Source: Minisyncoccia bacterium (GTDB lineage Bacteria > Patescibacteriota > Minisyncoccia > Phycocordibacterales > UBA1550). Taken from it: 64,000 nucleotides of DNA. Positions 48,278 to 56,952 of this stretch are shown piece by piece. Where the stretch lies: the NCBI GenBank assembly GCA_049294435.1, contig JBAQCU010000020.1, positions 13,110 to 77,109 of the forward strand. The letters are read 5' to 3'. The number at the start of each line of letters is the position of its first letter. The first letter of the stretch is position 1. A program made the position numbers and the translations under genes. The notes under the pieces are model-generated. The model had not been told where the DNA came from and ran no database searches. It worked only from the letters and a program-made list of their open reading frames with translations.

Positions 48278-49417
48278 TTATTTCTTCCCGAAGTTCGCGT
48301 ACATTGCATAATCCAACATTAAGCACAACATCGCCTCATCAACATCTTTGTGAGGAATATACTTACATCCCAGTGTGTTGATAAGTTTATCACATGTAAA
48401 AACGCTGCCGTGTTTAATGTACTGCTGGTAGATTTTAGTGTTTTCATTAATCCCAGTTTGAATCTTTGCCAGTAGCGGTTTTAATTCCATGACACCGAAC
48501 AAATCATATCTGACGCCAGAGATACCTAAATGTCTTAATGACATCTCTATAATTGATTTCACCTTCGGCGGGTTCTGATGAACCAAATGGTAAGTTTGAC
48601 CACAGCTTGACATCTTAAGCAACTCAGACATCATTTGTGCAACCCAATCAACAGTGACCATATTCAGAACAGAAATAGAGGAACAATCAATGAAAAGAGG
48701 AATATTCATCACACCTTTTTCATTAAAGGTTACTCCTTCATCCGTGCATTTCTGCTTATCTGCAAGCCACCGTCTGTTCCAGCTTTTGAGCATCCGCCAA
48801 AATGGCATAAAGAATCCATAATAGCTGTGAAAGGTCAGTACCCTCCCATCAACCGAACTCCCAAGTACTGTCGGGAGTCTGTAAATAGTGAATTCTCCGC
48901 CTTCCCATCCGTGCACCAATTTCTCGCTCTCAATTTTTGACAGCTCATAGGCGTTGAAAGATTTCTGGCCGATATCCAAATCAGTTTCGTGAAAAACAAT
49001 AGCACTGCCAGAAATGTAAGCGGTACTTATGTAGTGAAAACTCTTAACATCAAGAACACTGGCCAACTCCAACATATTTTGAACTCCACCTACATTGGTA
49101 TGCCAAACATGATCAGCATCTTTTTCTTCAAAACTAATTGCAGCGGCTCCGTGTAAAATTTTTCCAATCTTCCCACGCCAGAATTCACTGTCTGCGCGAG
49201 AAAGTCCACCAAATGGTAATGTAATATCACCATCAATAGCAATGTCCAGACCATCACGAATCGTCGGCAAAAGTTCAGCCAAGCGTGCTTGTGCATTTTT
49301 CCCGCTAGATGAACGGATTAAATACAAAATACGCCACCCCTCTTTTTGCAAAACCATTGCAAGCTCCGAGACAACCTGACCAGTTGCACCAGTCAACAAA
49401 ACAGTTTTATCATTCAT
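48278..49417 (-). CDS. SDR-family NAD(P)-dependent oxidoreductase, thioester-reductase/epimerase-like
   Basis: TGATGQVVSEL Rossmann motif and YELSK (YxxxK). Confidence 0.7.
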   Translation of the reverse strand: MNDKTVLLTGATGQVVSELAMVLQKEGWRILYLIRSSSGKNAQARLAELLPTIRDGLDIAIDGDITLPFGGLSRADSEFWRGKIGKILHGAAAISFEEKDADHVWHTNVGGVQNMLELASVLDVKSFHYISTAYISGSAIVFHETDLDIGQKSFNAYELSKIESEKLVHGWEGGEFTIYRLPTVLGSSVDGRVLTFHSYYGFFMPFWRMLKSWNRRWLADKQKCTDEGVTFNEKGVMNIPLFIDCSSISVLNMVTVDWVAQMMSELLKMSSCGQTYHLVHQNPPKVKSIIEMSLRHLGISGVRYDLFGVMELKPLLAKIQTGINENTKIYQQYIKHGSVFTCDKLINTLGCKYIPHKDVDEAMLCLMLDYAMYANFGKK

Positions 49418-49511
49418 TTTGTTGCTCCTTATAGAGAATCAAAAAGATCATTACTTTCATTGTTCCTTTGAAAACATACATCAAAACACGTTGAAAGTCA
49501 ATGTGAAAATC

Positions 49512-49677
49512 CGTAACCCCTCACACCTACTTCTCAAAAATACAAAAAACAACGAGATTGTCGTCTTTGCGAGCGGGAGCGAAGCAATCCAGGAGCTAAT
49601 CGTTAAACGCTGGATTTCTTCGCAAAGCTCGCAAAGACAAGGATTTTGGGCTAGTGTAGCAGGGGTGTGAGGGGTTA
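49512..49677. repeat. Family 2 nested-palindrome element, copy a: inverted ends GTAACCCCTCACACC / GGTGTGAGGGGTTAC, flanked by the 8 bp direct repeat GAAAATCC (49504-49511 and 49678-49685)
   Basis: Terminal inverted repeat and flanking direct repeat read from the sequence. Inner stems: TCTTTGCGAGC / GCTCGCAAAGA, and GCGAAGCAATCCAG / CTGGATTTCTTCGC. Confidence 0.55.
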
Positions 49678-49701
49678 CGAAAATCCAGCGTAGCATGCTA
49701 C

Positions 49702-50763
49702 TTATACTCCCTCTTTGCGAAGGTCTTCAATGAGTCTTTCGGCAGCGCGTGAAAGCTTTCCTGGAGTTTTAACTTCTAATTTTATTAAAATATCACCGCG
49801 ATGTTTACCACTAAAAGGCACGCCCTTTTCACGCACGCGCAAAACCTCGCCTGACGAAACACCTTTTGGGATTTTTAATTTAATTTCTCCGTCGAGTGTC
49901 TGTACAGCATACTCGGCGCCAAGAATTGCATCAGTAAGTTTTACGGTGAGTTGCATAATGAGATTTGCCCCTTCGCGTTTAAAAACTTTGTGTTGGCCAA
50001 CATGTACCCTGACATACAAATCTCCTGCCTTGCCATTCTGAATAGCCTCGCCGGCTCCTGCTAGGCGTACCTGCTCGCCATTTTGAATACCAGATGGAAT
50101 GCGAATAGTAATTTGCTCTTCATTTCTCACAACGCCTGCGCCTTTGCACGGATGACATTTTTCTTCAGGAACTCTACCTAAACCATGACACGTTGGACAC
50201 TCACGCTCTTGCGCAAACGTGCCGAGAATAGTACGTACGGATTCCTGTGTGCGCCCTTTTCCTTTACACTGCGCGCATTCTTTTGTTCTTATGCCGGGTT
50301 TTGAGCCACTACCATGACAAGTATCGCACGCGGATGTCTTTGTAATGCGTACCTTATGCTCCACACCAAACACAGCCTCTGAAAATGAGATCTCTAAATC
50401 TACAGCAATATCTCGACCGCGACGCGCTTGTTCACGACGACCTCCACCAAAAAAATCTCCGAATATGTCGTTTAGGTCTACACCATCAAATCCTTGTCCG
50501 CCTTGGAAACCTGAAAAACCAAAACCACCAGCCTGCCCTCCGCTAGCAAACCCCTGTTCTGGACCAGCTGAACCGTAGGTATCATACTGAGAACGTTTTT
50601 TCTCATCTGAAAGAATTTGGTACGCTTCACTTGCCTCTTTGAATTTTTTCTCATCTCCTCCTTTGTCTGGATGATGCTCGTGCGCAAGCTTGCGGAACGC
50701 TTTTTTAATTTCGTCCTGAGATGCGTCCTTTTCAACGCCGAGTGTTTTGTAGTAATCTTTCAT
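49702..50763 (-). CDS. dnaJ: Chaperone DnaJ
   Basis: J domain ([14 protein letters not shown]), four CxxCxGxG repeats, C-terminal domains. The ATG at 50763 is preferred over the upstream TTG at 50784. Confidence 0.9.
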   Translation of the reverse strand: MKDYYKTLGVEKDASQDEIKKAFRKLAHEHHPDKGGDEKKFKEASEAYQILSDEKKRSQYDTYGSAGPEQGFASGGQAGGFGFSGFQGGQGFDGVDLNDIFGDFFGGGRREQARRGRDIAVDLEISFSEAVFGVEHKVRITKTSACDTCHGSGSKPGIRTKECAQCKGKGRTQESVRTILGTFAQERECPTCHGLGRVPEEKCHPCKGAGVVRNEEQITIRIPSGIQNGEQVRLAGAGEAIQNGKAGDLYVRVHVGQHKVFKREGANLIMQLTVKLTDAILGAEYAVQTLDGEIKLKIPKGVSSGEVLRVREKGVPFSGKHRGDILIKLEVKTPGKLSRAAERLIEDLRKEGV

Positions 50764-50853
50764 TAATCTTGGGACATGTGACAATTAACATTTGACATGT
50801 GACCGAACGCATCATGAATCATGAATTTTTAGTCAATTGTCAATGGTCAATTG
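50764..50853 (-). promoter_or_regulatory. dnaK-dnaJ spacer with three tandem ATTGAC(N) repeats, two TCATGA palindromes, and two GTCACATGTC boxes about 22 bp apart just upstream of the dnaJ ATG
   Basis: Repeats read from sequence. Minus sense: aacaATTGACcATTGACaATTGACtaaaa ... cgGTCACATGTCaaatgttaattGTCACATGTCcc. Confidence 0.45.
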
Positions 50854-52755
50854 TTAATTGTCCTTCTTCTCCTCTCCTTCCTTGTACTCTGCGTCGTGAA
50901 CTTTTTCTTCACCATCTCCCTTTGCTTCAGCTTCACCTGCCTTAGCAGATTCTGTATTCTTCATCATCTCCTCTCCGATTTTTGAGAGTTCGTCTGAAAG
51001 CTCTTGTGATGCCTTCTTCATCGCCTCTATATCAGTACCAGCCGACGCAGTCTTTGCTAAAGCAATCTTTTCCTCAACTTTTGTTTTAATATCTGCAGAA
51101 AGTTTGTCTCCATTATCACGAAGCGATTTCTCGGCTGTGTAAACCATCTGTTCTAACATATTTTTTGTCTCCGCGCTGTCGCGCTTCTTTGCGTCTTCTT
51201 CTGCGTTTATTTCTGCTTCTTTTTGCATACGTGCAATGTCGTCCTTTGAAAGTCCTGAGCTTGCTTCTATGCGGATTGATTGCTCTTTGCCTGTAGTTTT
51301 TTCCTTAGCTTTTACTTGAAGAATACCGTTTGCGTCAACATCAAAAGAAACTTCAACTTGAGGCACACCGCGATGCGCTGGTGGAATACCGTCTAGAATA
51401 AAACGGCCAAGCGACTTGTTGTCGGGAGCCATTGGACGTTCACCCTGAACTACGTGGATCTCTACAGATGTTTGATTGTCAGAGGCGGTAGAAAAAATTT
51501 GTGAACGGGATGCGGGGATTGTCGTATTTTTTTCAATAAGCTTCGTCGCTACGTTCCCAAAAGTTTCGATACCGAGTGAAAGCGGAATGACATCTAAAAG
51601 AAGCACATCCTTTACATCACCTTGAAGGATCCCGGCTTGGATAGCAGCGCCAATTGCCACCACTTCGTCAGGATTGATTGAGCGGTTTGGTTCTTTGCCA
51701 AAAAGTTCCTTCACTGCGTTTACAATAGCAGGCATACGTGTCTGCCCCCCAACCATAATAATTTCATTGATATCTTCCTTTTTGAATGGGGATGCGGCAA
51801 GTGCGCGCTTTGTAATTTCAATTGATTTCTCAATATACTCACGAGCAAGTTCGTCCAATGTCGCGCGCGAAAGCTTCATAAGAAGGTGCTTGGGACCATC
51901 AGCCCCTGAAGTAATAAAAGGAATATTGATTTCTGCTTCTGTGGTCGTGGAAAGCTCATGTTTTGCCTTTTCTGCAGACTCCTTTAAACGTTGGAGCGCC
52001 ATCATATCCGTTGAAACATCAATACCCGACTCTTTTTTAAATTCGCTCGCAATGTGCTTGATAATCTTCTGGTCAATGTCTTCTCCACCCATATGTACAT
52101 CGCCGTCTGTGGACTTCACCTCAATAACATCGCCTCCAATCTCAAGCACAGACACGTCAAACGTACCACCTCCAAAATCGTACACAACAACCTTTTCATC
52201 TTTCTTTTTATTAAAACCATAGGCCAGAGCTGCAGCAGTAGGCTCGTTAATAATACGCTTCACGTCAAAACCAGCAATTGTTCCAGCATCCTTTGTCGCC
52301 TGACGTTGTGAGTCATTGAAATATGCGGGCACGGTGATAACCGCCTCGGTGATTTTCTCACCAAGCTTTGCTTCTGCATCTGCCTTTATCTTCTGGAGAA
52401 CCATCGCAGAAATCTCCTCTGGACGGTATTGCTTCTCTCCCATCTTCACCAACACACCGCCAGTTGGAGATTTTTCGATACCAAACGGCGCCGTTTTTTT
52501 ATCGCGTTGAACACCCTCATCTTCAAAGGTATGACCGATCATGCGCTTGATGCCAAAAAGCGTGTTCTGAGGGTTGGTCACCGCCTGACGCTTTGCCAAA
52601 AGTCCCACCAAGCGCTCACCACTCTTTGAAACTGCGACAATGGACGGAGTTGTGCGCGCGCCTTCGATGTTTTCTACGATACGTGGCTCGCCACCTTCAA
52701 TGATAGCGACCGCGCTGTTTGTTGTACCCAAGTCAATTCCTAAAATTTTTGCCAT
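50854..52755 (-). CDS. dnaK: Chaperone DnaK (Hsp70)
   Basis: [17 protein letters not shown].., full NBD and SBD, acidic C-terminus. Confidence 0.95.
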   Translation of the reverse strand: MAKILGIDLGTTNSAVAIIEGGEPRIVENIEGARTTPSIVAVSKSGERLVGLLAKRQAVTNPQNTLFGIKRMIGHTFEDEGVQRDKKTAPFGIEKSPTGGVLVKMGEKQYRPEEISAMVLQKIKADAEAKLGEKITEAVITVPAYFNDSQRQATKDAGTIAGFDVKRIINEPTAAALAYGFNKKKDEKVVVYDFGGGTFDVSVLEIGGDVIEVKSTDGDVHMGGEDIDQKIIKHIASEFKKESGIDVSTDMMALQRLKESAEKAKHELSTTTEAEINIPFITSGADGPKHLLMKLSRATLDELAREYIEKSIEITKRALAASPFKKEDINEIIMVGGQTRMPAIVNAVKELFGKEPNRSINPDEVVAIGAAIQAGILQGDVKDVLLLDVIPLSLGIETFGNVATKLIEKNTTIPASRSQIFSTASDNQTSVEIHVVQGERPMAPDNKSLGRFILDGIPPAHRGVPQVEVSFDVDANGILQVKAKEKTTGKEQSIRIEASSGLSKDDIARMQKEAEINAEEDAKKRDSAETKNMLEQMVYTAEKSLRDNGDKLSADIKTKVEEKIALAKTASAGTDIEAMKKASQELSDELSKIGEEMMKNTESAKAGEAEAKGDGEEKVHDAEYKEGEEKKDN

Positions 52756-52839
52756 GTTTGTTTTATGTGATTATGTTTGTGGGACTATTAAAATTCGACT
52801 TTCTTTTTCTTTCACTCGAGCCCTGTTAAATGTTACATG

Positions 52840-53478
52840 TCAGTTGTCAATTGTTCCCCCTACGTGTCCGAAGGCCTTTACTTTCGCGGGACGAATAACT
52901 TTACTATGCAAACGATAACCTTTTTGTATAATCTCGGAGACTGTATCTGCATCTTTTTCTGATTTTGGCGGAATCTCCTCTATAGCGATATGGAGCCGTG
53001 GGTCAGTCTTCTCCCCCACTTCCCCTATTTCTGTGAGCCCCCTCGACTCAAGAACAGAATACATTTGCGCGTAAATATATTCAACTCCTTTCCGCCAATT
53101 CTCGTCTACTTTTTCCCATGCTTCTTTGTTTCCAAAAGCCATCGAGAAGCTATCTAACACCGGAATTAAATCATCAACAAGCCCCTCAGCTGCGAATTTT
53201 ATCATTTCACCACGACTTTTTTCCTCCTCTTTTTTAACATTTGCGAAGTCCGCGCGCATTCTTTGCCACCCATCCAAATAGTCTTTCTTCTCCTTTTCGC
53301 AGATTTTGAGTTTCTCACGCATTTTCTTCTGTGTAAGGGCTGGGTTCTCCAAATCCTCCTCACTTTCAAAAGACACGGGGTCAATATACGTAGTATCGTC
53401 CTTCGTGTCAAGTAATTCACTTTGAGCATCGACACCCGCTATTTTCTCATCTTTTTCTTCGCTTTCGTTTTTTATCAT
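52840..53478 (-). CDS. grpE: Nucleotide exchange factor GrpE
   Basis: Coiled coil plus C-terminal beta domain (DFANVKKEEEKSR...AIEEIP). Confidence 0.85.
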   Translation of the reverse strand: MIKNESEEKDEKIAGVDAQSELLDTKDDTTYIDPVSFESEEDLENPALTQKKMREKLKICEKEKKDYLDGWQRMRADFANVKKEEEKSRGEMIKFAAEGLVDDLIPVLDSFSMAFGNKEAWEKVDENWRKGVEYIYAQMYSVLESRGLTEIGEVGEKTDPRLHIAIEEIPPKSEKDADTVSEIIQKGYRLHSKVIRPAKVKAFGHVGGTIDN

Positions 53479-53700
53479 AGTTATTGAAACCTTATCTTAT
53501 CACACTGGGGAAAGTAGTGGAAATTACTATGAATTTTTAGTCTTATTTTTATTTGTTGTTATTTCTGTTGTTTTTAGAACTTTTCTTGCCTCCCCTTTCC
53601 CTTCCCTCATCGCTTTTGTATACGCTAAAACGATAGCCGACTTAGGAGCCTGCAAAACTGCACCCGTCTGAAATTGTTCACCTAGAATAGTTACCATAAG

Positions 53701-53907
53701 TTAGATATTACCATAATTTGCATTTATTTCAATACCGTTTTCTGTTGCGATTTTATCCATAGACTGGGCAGCTGCAACAAGGCTCCTTGCCATCACCTTC
53801 CTGCCTTTAGACATCCTTAGTTTGATATAGCTCAATTTGTCGGTGTCATCCCTTTTCTTATATTCATCTACCTCAATGATCATAGATGTAATTCTACCAC
53901 AGACCAC
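53701..53907 (-). CDS. Hypothetical small protein (68 aa)
   Basis: ORF only; located beside a Family 2 element and the TA remnant. Confidence 0.3.
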   Translation of the reverse strand: MVCGRITSMIIEVDEYKKRDDTDKLSYIKLRMSKGRKVMARSLVAAAQSMDKIATENGIEINANYGNI

Positions 53908-54013
53908 CTATCAAACAACTTCCAACGGCTCAGATGTAGGGAAGTTCTCTCTTATTTTGCTAGCTATACGTCGCTAATGAGCCGTTCAAATTTTAAATCA
54001 AAGGTACCTGACC

Positions 54014-54134
54014 TGCTCTGTAGAAAACATGGTTGTAGTCTTTGCGAGGCACGAAGCAATCTAGGTTTTACGTGTAATTTTATGGATTGCCACGTCGCAA
54101 GCTCCTCGCAAAGACAGTGTTTTCTACGGAGCAT
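54014..54134. repeat. Family 2 nested-palindrome element, copy b: inverted ends TGCTCTGTAGAAAACA / TGTTTTCTACGGAGCAT, flanked by the 8 bp direct repeat ACCTGACC (54006-54013 and 54135-54142)
   Basis: Inner core (GTCTTTGCGAGG..CGAAGCAATCTAGG..GGATTGCCACGTCG..CTCGCAAAGAC) is homologous to copy a; the outer stem differs in sequence but is still complementary. Confidence 0.55.
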
Positions 54135-54190
54135 ACCTGACCTTATATCGCATCAAAGCATGCTCAAAACTTCACAATTAGCTAGAAATC

Positions 54191-54421
54191 CTAAAGTGTT
54201 CTTTTATAGATTTTGTAAATACGACTTCTGTGGTCAACCATTTTGATTGTGATTACCTTGCCAGAAACCTTGTACAAAACGCGATAATCACCGACACGTA
54301 GTTTGTAAACTCCCTTCAAATCATAATGTAAAAGTTCTGGAATTAAACTAGCATAGTATTCAGCATCCACAGCATCAAGATCCGCAACTGCTCTCTCGTC
54401 CTATTTAACGACCAGCGCCAT
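54191..54421 (-). pseudogene. RelE/ParE-family toxin remnant with an in-frame TAG at codon 7 (MALVVK*DERAVADL..YKLRVGDYRVLYKVSGKVITIKMVDHRSRIYKIY)
   Basis: Manual translation of the minus strand. The C-terminal RVGDYRVLY...HRSxIY pattern is typical of RelE/ParE. TAG is used as a stop elsewhere in the window (e.g. uvrB). Confidence 0.6.
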
Positions 54422-54502
54422 ACTTTTCCGCAACACGGTCATGCGAGATGGGTTTAGACCTCACAGCAAGGCGTATTTTTAATCTATTGATAAACGGCTT
54501 AC

Positions 54503-54601
54503 TTAAAGACAAAAAACTAAACTGTCAGGGTCACCGAGTAATTCATTAAGCTTTTTCTCAACGAGAAAATCTATTTTTTTATCGAGTGCTTTTAAGGTCA
54601 T
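54503..54601 (-). CDS. Short antitoxin-like ORF (32 aa, MTLKALDKKIDFLVEKKLNELLGDPDSLVFCL) directly upstream of the RelE remnant
   Basis: Manual translation; below the ORF-track length cutoff. Its position as the upstream partner of a RelE-like gene suggests an antitoxin. It may be truncated. Confidence 0.3.
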   Translation of the reverse strand: MTLKALDKKIDFLVEKKLNELLGDPDSLVFCL

Positions 54602-54656
54602 ATAAAAATATTACCCCAAAAACTGCCAAAAAGCAACAACATCACCCTTCGCCTTA

Positions 54657-55259
54657 TTATTTCATCGCTCGAAGTTTCTTTGTATATTCCTCCCCACAAT
54701 CAGATTCTAATTCTCCGAGAACAAGTTGAATTGACTTATACTGTCCCGTTGGTATTGAAGAAACATACTTGTATTTTTTATACAATGGTTTATAAAACAT
54801 TCTTAGCAAGAAATGAAGTTCCCAGTGCATATCAAATAGTATCCGATTGCGTTTTTCATTTAATATTTTATTTGAACTATAGCTATTTTCTGGACATCTA
54901 ATATGTACAGTAAGAGGCCCCAATTCATTTCTAAACATTCTTACTGCTGCCTGACGGATATTCCCGTTATCGTGTTGTATCAAATAAAACAACCAAGGGA
55001 AAAGAAAGTCTGGCTCAGCTTCCCTATCGTGCAGAAAATATATTACTGACACCGCCATAGCAAAATTCTCCTGTCTCCAATCTTCACTAATAGTCACGTA
55101 TACACGGTCAGCACTATTAATAATTTTCTTCATTTCAATAAACTCTTCTTTTCCGCTTTTTGAACTATACAAAAATTTACGAACACTCCTCGCAGCCTCC
55201 CTGCTGGATTGCCTGTCCCCCTCTAATATAATTTTAAACAAAGCATTAAATGACTGCAT
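54657..55259 (-). CDS. Hypothetical protein (200 aa)
   Basis: ORF with a TATAAT box and a ribosome-binding site upstream. No confident domain. Confidence 0.5.
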   Translation of the reverse strand: MQSFNALFKIILEGDRQSSREAARSVRKFLYSSKSGKEEFIEMKKIINSADRVYVTISEDWRQENFAMAVSVIYFLHDREAEPDFLFPWLFYLIQHDNGNIRQAAVRMFRNELGPLTVHIRCPENSYSSNKILNEKRNRILFDMHWELHFLLRMFYKPLYKKYKYVSSIPTGQYKSIQLVLGELESDCGEEYTKKLRAMK

Positions 55260-55314
55260 AGTTTTGTTTATTTTTTACCTTCTTTCTCCATATATTTCAT
55301 TCTATTATACACTC

Positions 55315-55620
55315 TTATACGGATAAGGCACTAAAATCAACCGTGTCACCGTCAAAAAGAATTGAATGGTCTCTAGGCGGGATGCCGTTGATTGAAAACC
55401 CAATTAAACCTGGCGGATATTTTTCTTCAATCTCCGGGCACTCCATAAAAACATTCATCAGTAAGTACAAAAAAGATGCCCCTTCGCTAATTATTACTGA
55501 GTGCCCCTCATTCCCCGTAATCTTCTGTAGCTCTTTATCGAAGCGGACATTGACACTCATTGCCCTTGGCATACCGTGCATCTCTGATTTTTCATTTGTA
55601 ATCTTTTTCATACATTTCAT
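55315..55620 (-). CDS. Ubiquitin-fold (MoaD/ThiS / Ub-Mut7C-like beta-grasp) small protein, without a C-terminal GG
   Basis: Core MSVNVRFDKEL..GASFLYLL..INGIPPRDHSILFDGDTVDF matches the beta-grasp sulfur-carrier pattern. Begins MKCMKK, as RhuM does. Confidence 0.45.
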   Translation of the reverse strand: MKCMKKITNEKSEMHGMPRAMSVNVRFDKELQKITGNEGHSVIISEGASFLYLLMNVFMECPEIEEKYPPGLIGFSINGIPPRDHSILFDGDTVDFSALSV

Positions 55621-55764
55621 TCTACCCTAAAACATTTTGTGCTCAAAATGTTCGGGCAACCCGTAACTAGCGGGTTTAACCCTAAACTGTCTTCGGCGGT
55701 CGGGCGACACTGCGAAGCAGGGTTTAGCCACAGACCGCACCTCACCAAAATTTTGATCCTCATC
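55621..55764 (-). promoter_or_regulatory. Family 3 leader, copy 1: shares ~90 bp plus the first four codons (ATGAAATGTATG) with the RhuM leader; hairpin AACATTTTG-tgctc-CAAAATGTT (55631-55653) overlaps the AGGG ribosome-binding site; contains a 47 bp internal duplication
   Basis: Aligned directly against 56770-56880. Confidence 0.55.
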
Positions 55765-56784
55765 TCAATGCCCCTTTTCTTTTGTTCCCTTAACTTTTAA
55801 AAGTTTTTTCACCTCCTTGTCAAAGTCTGAAACATAATTTCTGTCTCTCACCTGCCTGTACTTTTCGTATTCCCTAAAAGCCAACGTTTCCGCATCCTTT
55901 GCGCTCACCGTACCCGCAGTATGCAATAGTTTCTTTTCAGAGATTGTCAGAAATTCATCGAGCTTTATAATCCAATCTTGCATTTTCATGAGTCGCCCAC
56001 TAGAAGCCTGCAAATCTGCAAAATCGATGTACAAAGAAACAATCAAGTTGAGCTGACTTATTTCTGACTCAGATAAATAATTTTTTGCAATAGGAATGTC
56101 TCCTGCGGTAATGTAGTCGTTTTTAAAACTAGTTAATCCCATCAGTGGCTTTCTACTATCAGCACGCTTGGCAATTATTTCTGCGGCGGTAGAACCATGC
56201 ACTGCGTAGTGCATTTTATTTTGTACCATGGCAAAAAACTTTTGAGTTTGCTCCGTGTCTACTTTGTAATCGATGCTAGTTGCGTATATATCAGTGACTT
56301 TCTGATAAAACATACGCTCACTACTGCGAATATCTCTAATTCTCTGTAAAAGTTCTTGGAAATATCTTGCACGGCCATCACCCTGCTTTAATCGTTCATC
56401 ATCCATAGTAAATCCCTTAATCAGGTATTCACGCAACCTCTCCGTTGCCCATATGCGAAATTGAGTCCCCTTATCAGACCGCACTCGATACCCAACGGCC
56501 AAAATAGCATCAAGATTATAATGCTTTGTATCATACTCCTTACCATCTGTAGCAGTTATCCGGAAATTCCGGATAACTGAATTTTCATTTAATTCCAGTT
56601 CTAAAAATATATTTTTTAGATGCTCATTAGCCGTACGTACATCAATAACAAAAAGTTCTGCAATTAATTTTTGCGTTAGCCACACATTTTCATCCTCAAT
56701 TCTAACACGAATTTTTTGATCGTCGCCAAGAATTTGATAGATTGCTATTTGTATTTTTTCTGTTTCCTTCTTCATACATTTCAT
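55765..56784 (-). CDS. RhuM-family virulence/Fic-associated protein
   Basis: ENVWLTQKLIAELFVIDVRTANEHLKNIF and GYRVRSDKGTQFRIWATERLREYLIKGF match conserved RhuM-family blocks. Confidence 0.7.
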   Translation of the reverse strand: MKCMKKETEKIQIAIYQILGDDQKIRVRIEDENVWLTQKLIAELFVIDVRTANEHLKNIFLELELNENSVIRNFRITATDGKEYDTKHYNLDAILAVGYRVRSDKGTQFRIWATERLREYLIKGFTMDDERLKQGDGRARYFQELLQRIRDIRSSERMFYQKVTDIYATSIDYKVDTEQTQKFFAMVQNKMHYAVHGSTAAEIIAKRADSRKPLMGLTSFKNDYITAGDIPIAKNYLSESEISQLNLIVSLYIDFADLQASSGRLMKMQDWIIKLDEFLTISEKKLLHTAGTVSAKDAETLAFREYEKYRQVRDRNYVSDFDKEVKKLLKVKGTKEKGH

Positions 56785-56880
56785 TCTACCCTAAAACATT
56801 TTGTGCTCAAAATGTTCGGGCGACCCGCAACTAGCGGGTTTAGCCACAGGCCTCCTCTCATCAAGATTTTAATCTTCATT
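56785..56880 (-). promoter_or_regulatory. Family 3 leader, copy 2 (upstream of RhuM): hairpins CCCGC-tagtt-GCGGG and AACATTTTG-tgctc-CAAAATGTT (56795-56817) immediately before the ribosome-binding site and ATG
   Basis: Aligned directly against 55606-55745. Confidence 0.55.
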
Positions 56881-56952
56881 TTTGTAATTCCATTTTTAGA
56901 ATTTTAGAAACGAGTGGCTGACCCCCATTTTTCCCATTTTTGACCCCCTTTT

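Noticed and set aside
52756-52839. CACTCGAG / GAGTGAAAG resembling CIRCE half-sites upstream of dnaK
   Set aside because: The halves are adjacent rather than separated by N9 and do not match TTAGCACTC/GAGTGCTAA. Not a CIRCE element.
53977-54246. 89 aa plus-strand ORF (MSRSNFKSKVPDLLCRKHGCSLCEAR..)
   Set aside because: Lies entirely within Family 2 copy b and its flanks, and is Cys-rich only because of the palindromic GC-rich core. It is a repeat-derived frame.
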